Shown one piece after another: positions 1-8,311 of a stretch of 64,000 nucleotides of DNA. The notes beneath the pieces were generated by a model. It saw only the letters and a list, made by a program, of their open reading frames with translations, made no database searches and was not told the origin of the DNA. How positions within the stretch are numbered: the first letter of the stretch is position 1; each line of letters starts with the position of its first letter. Both the position numbers and the translations under genes were made by a program. The stretch comes from Pseudomonas aeruginosa PAO1 (GTDB lineage Bacteria; Pseudomonadota; Gammaproteobacteria; Pseudomonadales; Pseudomonadaceae), in assembly GCF_000006765.1 (NCBI RefSeq), contig NC_002516.2. One strand, given 5' to 3'.

Positions 1-25
1 CAGCGGGAAGCGCGGGACGGAGCAT
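1..25 (-). CDS. 5' end of a CDS running off the left edge (MLRPALPA...)
   Basis: CAT at 23-25; on the minus strand it is preceded by ACAACAACAGGA (A-rich leader plus AGGA). Only 8 codons are visible. Confidence 0.4.
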
Positions 26-133
26 GGGGAGATCCTGTTGTTGTCGTTATGGATATCCGCACCGAGGGCAGGTGCCCTGCACACGGTAGCCGGCCATGGC
101 GCGCCTGCAAGCGTTCGAAAGTGTGATTCGCGC

Positions 134-820
134 TCAGCCGTGGGTGGCCGCGCGCAGGCCGGCGAGGTCGAGAATCTCGATGCCGCCGTAGCTGAGCTGG
201 AGGATGCCCTGGGCTTCGAGGTCCTTGAGGATCTGGTTGGTGGTCTGCCGCGACAGCGACAGCATCAATGCCAACTGCTCCTGCGGCAGGTGCAGGACCT
301 GCCGGCTGCGGCTGTTGTCGTAGCCCTCGGCGAGCATCAGCAGGCGCCGCGCCAGGCGTTGTGCGGCCGGCAGCAGGGCCATCTCTTCCAGGGCGATGAA
401 TGCCAGGCGCAGCTTGTGGCTCATCAGCAGGGCCACGTCGCGCCAGTAGTGCGGCTCGCGGCGAAGCAGTTCGAGCAGCGCCGCCTGCGGTACCTGGAGT
501 AGCTGGGTGTGGCCTTCGGCGTAGGCATCGTGGGTGCGCGCCTGGCCGTCGAACAGGGCGATCTCGCCGAACCAGTGCGGCGCTTCCACCAGGATCAGCA
601 GCGCCTCCTTGCCGTTCTCGCTGACCGCGCTGATACGGATCGCGCCCTCGACCACGCAGTACAGTCCGCAGGGCGCGTCGCCGCGGGCGAACAGGCGCTG
701 GCCCGGCGGCAACTGGCGCGGTTGGGCGAGTGCCAGCAGGTGCGTCTGCAAGGCCTCCGGCAAACCCTGGAACCAGCGGCCGGCCTGGAGTTGCGAACGG
801 TAGTCGGTACGCTCGTTCAT
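134..820 (-). CDS. Crp/Fnr-family transcriptional regulator
   Basis: 228 aa; cNMP-binding-type motif FGEIALFDGQARTHDA; C-terminal HTH QEQLALMLSLSRQTTNQILKDLE. Confidence 0.93.
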   Translation of the reverse strand: MNERTDYRSQLQAGRWFQGLPEALQTHLLALAQPRQLPPGQRLFARGDAPCGLYCVVEGAIRISAVSENGKEALLILVEAPHWFGEIALFDGQARTHDAYAEGHTQLLQVPQAALLELLRREPHYWRDVALLMSHKLRLAFIALEEMALLPAAQRLARRLLMLAEGYDNSRSRQVLHLPQEQLALMLSLSRQTTNQILKDLEAQGILQLSYGGIEILDLAGLRAATHG

Positions 821-823
821 GTT

Positions 824-839
824 TGTCGTCTAGCTGACA
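824..839. promoter_or_regulatory. candidate Crp-family binding site TGTCG-N6-TGACA
   Basis: 5-N6-5 imperfect palindrome in the 75-bp gap between the divergent Crp-family and DUF962 genes. Confidence 0.55.
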
Positions 840-895
840 GAGTGGAAAACCGGGGCGGCGCGATGATGCGAGAACCCTGGCGTGAGACCACAACA

Positions 896-1411
896 ATGAA
901 AACCCTAGTCGATCACCTTGCGCAATACGCCGCCTACCACCGCGACCGGCGCAACATCTTCAGCCATTTCATCGGCATTCCGATGATCGTCCTCTCCATC
1001 GCCGTGTTGCTGGCGCGGCCGGCGCTGGGGTTCGGCCTGTCTCCGGCGCTGCTGCTGGCGCTCGCCGCGGCGCTGTTCTACCTGCGCCTGGACCTGCGCT
1101 TCGGCGTGGCCATGACGGCGCTGCTGGCGCTGACGGTGTGGGGCGCTGCGCAATTGGCGGCGGGGACTACCGCGGCCTGGCTGGGCTGGGGCGTCGGCCT
1201 GTTCGTGGTCGGCTGGATCATCCAGTTCGTCGGTCATTACTACGAAGGGCGCAAGCCGGCCTTCGTCGACGATCTCAGCGGGTTGATCGTCGGTCCGCTC
1301 TTCGTGCTGGCGGAACTGGCCTTTCTGCTGGGGCTGCGCGGCGACGTGCAGCGCGAGGTCGAGGAGCGCGCCGGCCCGACCTGCATTCGCGAGCACAAGC
1401 GGGCGGCGTGA
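896..1411 (+). CDS. DUF962/Mpo1-like membrane protein
   Basis: 171 aa from ATG 896; motifs YAAYHRDRRNIFSHFIGIP and QFVGHYYEGRKPAF; four hydrophobic segments. Confidence 0.88.
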   Translation: MKTLVDHLAQYAAYHRDRRNIFSHFIGIPMIVLSIAVLLARPALGFGLSPALLLALAAALFYLRLDLRFGVAMTALLALTVWGAAQLAAGTTAAWLGWGVGLFVVGWIIQFVGHYYEGRKPAFVDDLSGLIVGPLFVLAELAFLLGLRGDVQREVEERAGPTCIREHKRAA

Positions 1412-1413
1412 GG

Positions 1414-1439
1414 CGGTCTCCCGCGAGCGCGGGAGACCG
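1414..1439. terminator. GC-rich hairpin between convergent genes
   Basis: CGGTCTCCCGCG / CGCGGGAGACCG perfect inverted repeat; no U tract. Confidence 0.55.
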
Positions 1440-1450
1440 GGGTGGGAGCG

Positions 1451-2209
1451 TTACTTGCGATCCGCAGCGATGCGCTGGCGGATGTGATCGGCGCGGGCCT
1501 GGGAGCCCGGGTGCGAATCGAACATGCTGCTGTCGCCGCCGCCCAGCTTGGCCAGCTTCTCGAAGGCGGTGACCAGGCCCTGGGTGTTCACTCCGCGCTT
1601 CTTCAGTAGCTCGTAGGAGAAATCGTCGGCGTCGGATTCCTGGGACTGGGAGAACTGCGCGTTGACCAGCGATTCGGTGAGTTCGCCCAGCTGGGAGCCG
1701 GACAGGGCGGCCAGCGCGCCGCTCTTCGAGGCGCCGGCGGCGCCGCGCACCGCGGCGGCCGCGTAGGCGGTCTGGGCGGCCTTGCGGGTGTGGCCGAGGG
1801 CGACGTGGCCCATCTCGTGGCCGAGTACGCCTTCGATCTCGTTGTCGCTCATCAGCTCCATCAGCCCGCTGTAGACGCGGATGCAGCCGTTGGCCATGGC
1901 CCAGGCGTTGACCTCCTCGGTGAGGTAGACCTTGTAGTTCACCGGCACGCCGTCGATCTGGTCGCCCAGGGCCTTGGCGATCTTGTCCAGGCGCTGGCCG
2001 TACTTGCTGTTGGCCGGGGCGATGCGGTTCTGCTGGTCGGACTCGGCACAGGCCTGGTCGGCGACCTGGCGGACCTCGGCGTCGCTCAGGGTAGCGGCCT
2101 TCACCGCCATCATGCCGTGCTGCATGAGGTCCCCCTGGGGCAGGTTCTGGCAGCCGGCCAGGGTGGCGCAGGCGAGGGCCAGGGCGGAAAGGGAAAGACG
2201 GATCTTCAT
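1451..2209 (-). CDS. M48-family zinc metalloprotease lipoprotein (LoiP-like)
   Basis: lipobox LAGC; VNAWAMANG; HEMGH (HExxH); FSQSQESDAD; SHP near the C-terminus. Confidence 0.9.
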   Translation of the reverse strand: MKIRLSLSALALACATLAGCQNLPQGDLMQHGMMAVKAATLSDAEVRQVADQACAESDQQNRIAPANSKYGQRLDKIAKALGDQIDGVPVNYKVYLTEEVNAWAMANGCIRVYSGLMELMSDNEIEGVLGHEMGHVALGHTRKAAQTAYAAAAVRGAAGASKSGALAALSGSQLGELTESLVNAQFSQSQESDADDFSYELLKKRGVNTQGLVTAFEKLAKLGGGDSSMFDSHPGSQARADHIRQRIAADRK

Positions 2210-2380
2210 CGTGTGCTCCTTGCGATAGGTGGCGTTCCGTGCCGGACGGGCGTGTTCCGCCCGGTGCCGCGCGCCCGGTGGGGGTCGCGCGGCGGCGGAT
2301 GATAGCGGCTTGTGCCGTTCGTCGGAAGTCCCGCGAAGGCCGCAGGCCCGCCCTGGCGGGTGCGCAATGCGTCCCTGGCG

Positions 2381-3133
2381 TCAGTGGAAACCGCGCCAGG
2401 CGAGGTCGGCGCCGAGCAGCAGGAGACCGACGAAGAAGCAGCGCCTGAACAGCGTCGCGCTGATCCGCTGGCGCAGCCACTGGCCGAGGAGCATCCCGCC
2501 CAGCGCCGGGACCAGGGTCAGCAGCGAGGCGCCGAGCATCTGCGGTTCGAGCAGGTCGCCGTGCACGCCGAGAGTGACCGCCAGTGCCAGGGTCGAGGCG
2601 CTGAACGACAGGCCGAGGGCCTGGACCAGTTCGTCGCGCTGCAATCCTAGGGCTCCCAGGTAGGGCACCGCGGGAATCACGAAAACCCCGGTGACCGCGG
2701 TCAGCGCGCCGGTCGCCAGCCCGACCAGCGGACCGGCCCAGGGCTCGTGGCGTGCCGGCAGGTGCAGCGGGATCGCGGCCAGGCCGAGCAGCGCGTAGGC
2801 CACCAGGGCCAGGCCGAGCACGCCGGTGGCCTGCCTTGGTGCGTCGCCGCCGAGCCATGCGCCGACCAGCAGGGTGCCCACGACCACCCCGAGCAGCAGG
2901 CCGGCCAGGCGCTTCATCAAGCCGAGGAAGCGCGGGCCGCAGGCGAGCTGCCAGAGGTTGGTCACCATCGACGGTACGATCAGCAGCGCCGCCGCCTGCA
3001 TCGGCGGCATGGCCAGGCCGAGCAGGCCCACCGAGACCGTCGGCAGGCCCAGGCCGACCACGCCCTTGACGAAGCCGGCGAGAAGGAAGGTGAGGGCGAT
3101 CAGCGGGATCAGGGCGTGGAGGTCGACGGACAT
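2381..3133 (-). CDS. TauE/SafE-family sulfite exporter-like membrane protein
   Basis: 250 aa from ATG 3133 (MSVDLHAL); AGFVKGVVGLG and GALTAVTGVFVIP repeats; very hydrophobic. Confidence 0.88.
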   Translation of the reverse strand: MSVDLHALIPLIALTFLLAGFVKGVVGLGLPTVSVGLLGLAMPPMQAAALLIVPSMVTNLWQLACGPRFLGLMKRLAGLLLGVVVGTLLVGAWLGGDAPRQATGVLGLALVAYALLGLAAIPLHLPARHEPWAGPLVGLATGALTAVTGVFVIPAVPYLGALGLQRDELVQALGLSFSASTLALAVTLGVHGDLLEPQMLGASLLTLVPALGGMLLGQWLRQRISATLFRRCFFVGLLLLGADLAWRGFH

Positions 3134-3204
3134 GCGGGTTCTTCCTTGTCTCGGGCTGGCGCGAACGGGCGATGGCGGCCAGTATCTCTCGTCGTCGACA
3201 GGCA

Positions 3205-3228
3205 ATGTTTCATCCGGAGGTGAAGCAT
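3205..3228. promoter_or_regulatory. candidate ArsR-family operator ATGTTTCA-N8-TGAAGCAT
   Basis: 8-bp arms with 1 mismatch; covers the GGAGG SD and the ATG (3227) of the ArsR gene. Confidence 0.55.
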
Positions 3229-3925
3229 GCAATTCAATCCCGGCTTCAGTTCGCTGGCGGCGCTGCTCGCCGATCCCGGCCGAGCGCAGATGATCTGGGC
3301 ACTGATGGATGGCAGCGCCCGCCCGGCCAGCGAGCTGGCGCTGCTGGCAGGCGTTTCGCCGTCCTCCGCCAGCGGCCACCTGGGACGGCTGGTCGAGGGC
3401 GGCGTGCTGAGCCTGGAGGCGCGCGGGCGCAATCGCTTCTATCGCCTGGCCGGGCCGGAAGTGGGGCAGGCGGTGGAAGCGCTGGCCAGCGCCTCCCTGG
3501 CCCTGCAGCCGCAGCGGCGCAGCCTGCCGCCGAGCCACGGCACGCCGTCGGCGTTGCGCGAGGCGCGGACCTGCTACGACCACCTGGCCGGCGAACTCGC
3601 GGTCGGTGTGTTCGCACGGATGCTGGATGCCGGCTGGATCGAGCAGGAGGGCAGGACGCTGCGCCTGAGCGCGACCGGCGAGGCCGGGCTGGCCGGGTTG
3701 GGGATCGACCTGGCGGAGGTCCGCCGCCGCCGTCGGCAGTTCGCCTGCGCCTGCCCCGACTGGAGCGAACGCAAGCCGCACCTCGGCGGCGCGCTGGGGG
3801 CGGCGTTGCTGGAGGCCTGTCTGCGCCAGGGCTGGTTGCGGCCGCAGGACGGCTCGCGGGCGTTGCAGGTGTCGTCGAAGGGCCGCGCGGGACTGCGCGG
3901 CCTGGCGGAGCGCACGGCGGGCTGA
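3227..3925 (+). CDS. ArsR/SmtB-family winged-helix regulator with Cys/His-rich C-terminal domain
   Basis: LADPGRAQMIWALMDG...ASELA...SASGHLGRL; C-terminal RTCYDHLAG and CACPDWSERKPH; GGAGG SD. Confidence 0.9.
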   Translation: MQFNPGFSSLAALLADPGRAQMIWALMDGSARPASELALLAGVSPSSASGHLGRLVEGGVLSLEARGRNRFYRLAGPEVGQAVEALASASLALQPQRRSLPPSHGTPSALREARTCYDHLAGELAVGVFARMLDAGWIEQEGRTLRLSATGEAGLAGLGIDLAEVRRRRRQFACACPDWSERKPHLGGALGAALLEACLRQGWLRPQDGSRALQVSSKGRAGLRGLAERTAG

Positions 3926-3937
3926 ACCCGCCGGGGA

Positions 3938-4927
<990 letters not shown>

Positions 4928-4930
4928 GGT

Positions 4931-5800
4931 TCATTCCTCGTCAGCATTGCTTTTCAGTCGGGACATGCGGGATTCGCTCCACTGCTTGAGCAGAAGGATG
5001 ACCAGCGCCATCAGCAGCAACAGGCTGGCGACGCTGAAGGCGGCGACGTGGTTGTATTCGTTGTAGAGGATCTCGACGTGCAGCGGCAGGGTGTTGGTGA
5101 CGCCGCGGATGTGTCCGGAAACCACCGACACCGCGCCGAACTCGCCCATCGCCCGGGCGGTGCAGAGCACCACGCCGTAGATCAGGCCCCACTTGATGTT
5201 CGGCAGGGTCACGTGCCAGAACATCTGCCAGCCGTTGGCGCCGAGCAGGCGGGCGGCTTCCTCCTCCTGGGTTCCCTGCTCCTGCATCAGTGGGATCAGC
5301 TCGCGGGCGACGAAGGGCACGGTGACGAAGAGGGTCGCCAGGACGATGCCGGGCACCGCGAAGACGATCTGGATGTCGTGGTCGCTCAGCCATTCGCCGA
5401 AGTAGCCCTGGGCGCCGAACAACAGCACGTAGATCAGGCCGGCGATCACCGGCGAGACCGAGAACGGCAGGTCGATCAGGGTCACCAGGATGCTCTTGCC
5501 GCGAAACTCGAACTTGCTCACGCACCAGGCGGCGGCGACGCCGAACAGCAGGTTGAGCGGCACCGAGATGGCCACCGCGATCAGGGTCAGCTTCAGCGCG
5601 GCCAGCGCGTCGGGTTCGAGGATCGCCTCGAAGAAGGTGCCGAAACCCTGCTTCAGCGCCTCGCTCAGGACCACGTAGAGCGGCAGCAGGAGGAACAGGG
5701 CGAAGACCAGCCAGGCCAGGACGATCAGGGCCAGGCGGCCGCCGGCGTTGCCGCGGCGGGAGGCGCTGGCGGTGGCAGCGGAAATGCTTGCACTGGACAT
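4931..5800 (-). CDS. cysW: sulfate ABC transporter permease
   Basis: [43 protein letters not shown]. Confidence 0.96.
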   Translation of the reverse strand: MSSASISAATASASRRGNAGGRLALIVLAWLVFALFLLLPLYVVLSEALKQGFGTFFEAILEPDALAALKLTLIAVAISVPLNLLFGVAAAWCVSKFEFRGKSILVTLIDLPFSVSPVIAGLIYVLLFGAQGYFGEWLSDHDIQIVFAVPGIVLATLFVTVPFVARELIPLMQEQGTQEEEAARLLGANGWQMFWHVTLPNIKWGLIYGVVLCTARAMGEFGAVSVVSGHIRGVTNTLPLHVEILYNEYNHVAAFSVASLLLLMALVILLLKQWSESRMSRLKSNADEE

Positions 5801-5810
5801 GGCGCCCTCC

Positions 5811-6629
5811 TTACGGGGTTTCGATGCGACGCTGCAGCAGGTTGATCAGCAGCAGCAGGATGAAGGACACCACCAGCATCAGCACGCCGATGGCGGTGGC
5901 GCCGGTGTAGTCGTACTGGTCCAGCTTGACCATGATCAGCAGCGGCAGGATCTCGGTCTTCATTGGCATGTTGCCGGCGATGAAGATCACCGAGCCGTAT
6001 TCGCCGACGCCCCGGGCGAAGGCCAGGGCGAAACCGGTCAGCCAGGCCGGCAGCAGCGCCGGCACGAGGATATGGCGGAACACCTGCAGCGGCCTGGCGC
6101 CGAGGCAGGCGGCGGCTTCCTCGACTTCCTTGGGAATGTCGGCGAGCACCGGCTGCACCGTGCGGACCACGAACGGCAGGGTCACGAAGGTCAGCGCCAG
6201 GGTGATCCCCAGGGGGGTATAGGCGATCTTGAAGCCGAGGTCGCTGGCGAACTGGCCGACCAGGCCGGCCGGCGCATAGAGCGCGGTGAGGGCGATACCG
6301 GCGACGGCGGTGGGCAGGGCGAAGGGCAGGTCGATCATGGCGTCGATGATCTTCCGTCCGGGGAATTCGTAGCGCACCAGGACCCAGGCCAGCAGCGTAC
6401 CGATCAAGCCATTGAGCACGGCGGCGGCGAGCGCGGTGCCGAAGCTCAGCTTGAGCGCGGCGAGCACCCGCGGCGCGCTGATGATGGCCCAGAATTGCTC
6501 CCAGCTGAGCTGGGTGGTCTTGAGGAACATGGCCCCCAGCGGGATCAGGACCAGCAGGCTGAGGTACACCAGGGTGTATCCCAGGGTCAGCCCGAAGCCG
6601 GGTATGACCGGGGAAATGCGTCGTGACAT
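5811..6629 (-). CDS. cysT: sulfate ABC transporter permease
   Basis: [32 protein letters not shown]. Confidence 0.96.
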   Translation of the reverse strand: MSRRISPVIPGFGLTLGYTLVYLSLLVLIPLGAMFLKTTQLSWEQFWAIISAPRVLAALKLSFGTALAAAVLNGLIGTLLAWVLVRYEFPGRKIIDAMIDLPFALPTAVAGIALTALYAPAGLVGQFASDLGFKIAYTPLGITLALTFVTLPFVVRTVQPVLADIPKEVEEAAACLGARPLQVFRHILVPALLPAWLTGFALAFARGVGEYGSVIFIAGNMPMKTEILPLLIMVKLDQYDYTGATAIGVLMLVVSFILLLLINLLQRRIETP

Positions 6630-6673
6630 GTTCTGTCCTTACTCTGCGTTGGAACGCTTGGTGGCTCTCCCGG

Positions 6674-6788
6674 TGCCGGTTCCTTCCGGCAGTGGGCCCG
6701 GTACGGGACCGGGCCTGCTAGCCCCCTCGCCCGTCCGGGAGAGGGTCTGGGAGAGGGGCCGTGGTTCGGGCGACGGGTCTGCCGTCGC
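6674..6788. repeat. four tandem hairpins including a BoxC-like purine/pyrimidine element (6722-6758)
   Basis: stems 6674-6691, 6695-6715, 6724-6744 (CCCTCGCCCG/CGGGAGAGGG, followed by an extra GGGAGAGGGG tract) and 6770-6788. Confidence 0.6.
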
Positions 6789-6790
6789 GA

Positions 6791-7789
6791 TCATTGCGCC
6801 TGGTAGATCTGGTCGAAGATGCCCCCGTCGTTGAAGAACTTCGGCTGGGCCGTCTTCCAGCCGCCGAAATCGGAGTCGACGGTGACCAGGTTCAGTTTCG
6901 GGAACTGCGTGGCGAACTCGGCGGCGACCTTCTGGTTGCGCGGCCGATAGAAGTTCTGTGCGGCGATGCGCTGGCCTTCCTCGCTGTACAGGTATTGCAG
7001 GTAGGCCTCGGCGACCTTGCGGGTGCCTTTCTTCTCGACCACCTTGTCGACCACCGCGACCGGCGGTTCGGCGAGGATGGAGATGGAGGGTACGACGATC
7101 TCGAAGTTTTCCCCGCCCTGTTCCTTCTTCGCCAGGAACGCCTCGTTCTCCCAGGCCAGCAGCACGTCGCCGATCTGGTTGTTGACGAAGGTGATGGTCG
7201 AGCCGCGGGCGCCGGTGTCGAGCACCGGTACGTGCTTGTACAGCGCCTGCACGTAGTCCTTGGCCTTCTCGTCGCTGCCGTACTGCTTCTTCGCCCAGGC
7301 CCAGGCGGCGAGGAAGTTCCAGCGCGCGCCGCCGGAGGTCTTCGGGTTCGGTGTGATGACTTCCACGCCTTCCTTGGTCAGGTCGCCCCAGTCCTTGATG
7401 CCCTTGGGGTTGCCCTTGCGCACCAGGAACACGATGGTCGAGGTGTAGGGGGTGCTGTTGTCCGGCAGGCGTGCCTGCCAGTCGGCCGGCAGCAGCTTGC
7501 CGAGCTTGTGCAGTTCGTCGATGTCGCCGGCCAGGGCCAGGGTCACCACGTCGGCCTTGAGCCCGTCGATCACCGCGCGGGCCTGCTTGCCGGAGCCGCC
7601 GTGGGACTGCTGGACGGTCAGGTCCTCGCCGCCCTGGGCCTTCCAGTGCTTGATGAAGGCCGCGTTGTAGGCCTGGTACAGCTCGCGGGTCGGGTCGTAG
7701 GAAACGTTCAGCAGTTGCGTGGCCGCGGCAACCGGGCCGGAGACCAGGGCGCTGGCGAGTGCGGCCAGGGCGAAACGACGAAGGGACAT
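6791..7789 (-). CDS. sbp: periplasmic sulfate-binding protein
   Basis: signal peptide; [39 protein letters not shown]. Confidence 0.97.
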   Translation of the reverse strand: MSLRRFALAALASALVSGPVAAATQLLNVSYDPTRELYQAYNAAFIKHWKAQGGEDLTVQQSHGGSGKQARAVIDGLKADVVTLALAGDIDELHKLGKLLPADWQARLPDNSTPYTSTIVFLVRKGNPKGIKDWGDLTKEGVEVITPNPKTSGGARWNFLAAWAWAKKQYGSDEKAKDYVQALYKHVPVLDTGARGSTITFVNNQIGDVLLAWENEAFLAKKEQGGENFEIVVPSISILAEPPVAVVDKVVEKKGTRKVAEAYLQYLYSEEGQRIAAQNFYRPRNQKVAAEFATQFPKLNLVTVDSDFGGWKTAQPKFFNDGGIFDQIYQAQ

Positions 7790-7861
7790 GTGCAGCTCCT
7801 AGGTGTGTGCTGTTTCGATTGTTCTAATGGGGTGTTGGCGGAACGACGGGAACACGGGGCG

Positions 7862-7927
7862 TCAGGCGCGCATTCGCGGCCGACAGCTGCAGTACCGGTG
7901 CGGATGGGGTATCGAACGGATGTTCAT
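7862..7927 (-). CDS. putative 21-aa Cys-containing small ORF (MNIRSIPHPHRYCSCRPRMRA)
   Basis: GGAGG SD 9 nt before the ATG; between oscA and sbp on the same strand; no homology evidence. Confidence 0.4.
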   Translation of the reverse strand: MNIRSIPHPHRYCSCRPRMRA

Positions 7928-7965
7928 GGCGAGACGCCTCCGGTGGTCCAGTCGGGTCGTGTGCT

Positions 7966-8148
7966 TCAGGCCTGCTTGACGGCCGGTTGCTGCAGACGGA
8001 ATTTTTCCTTGCGCTCGATCTGCACCACCTGGCCGTTGTGCACGGTGATCTCGACGGCGCCGAAGCGCAGGCCGCGCAGGGCACTCTGGATTTCACGCAG
8101 GATGGTGGCTTCGTCCTGGCCATCCAGGCTTCTGAGGGTTGCGCTCAT
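7966..8148 (-). CDS. oscA: sulfur-starvation small protein, OscA/YezD family
   Basis: 60 aa; LRFGAVEITVHNGQVVQIERKEKFRL; AGGAG SD; upstream of sbp. Confidence 0.9.
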   Translation of the reverse strand: MSATLRSLDGQDEATILREIQSALRGLRFGAVEITVHNGQVVQIERKEKFRLQQPAVKQA

Positions 8149-8227
8149 GGGTCTCTGCTCCTGTGGCTCGAGGTGCCGCGTTGCTCGACGAAGTGGAGGC
8201 GGCGTGAGGCGCATAGTAAGCAGTGGG

Positions 8228-8256
8228 CAATATTCTTAAAAATATTGTTTAAGAAT
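8228..8256. promoter_or_regulatory. AT-rich interleaved inverted repeats upstream of oscA-sbp-cys (candidate CysB site)
   Basis: CAATATT(8228-34)/AATATTG(8241-47) and ATTCTTAAA(8232-40)/TTTAAGAAT(8248-56); CysB assignment is inferred from the operon's function. Confidence 0.5.
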
Positions 8257-8311
8257 CTTTATAGGTAAAGTGGTTATAAGACGGCGAAGCGGCCCGGCTT
8301 CGCCGCCAGGC

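Noticed and set aside
2381-3781. Extended N-termini in the ORF track (e.g. 2381-3781, 37832-38563, 48079-49920, 53278-55005, 21034-22452)
   Set aside because: The extensions overlap neighbouring genes; internal ATG/GTG starts, usually with an SD or signal peptide, fit the families better.
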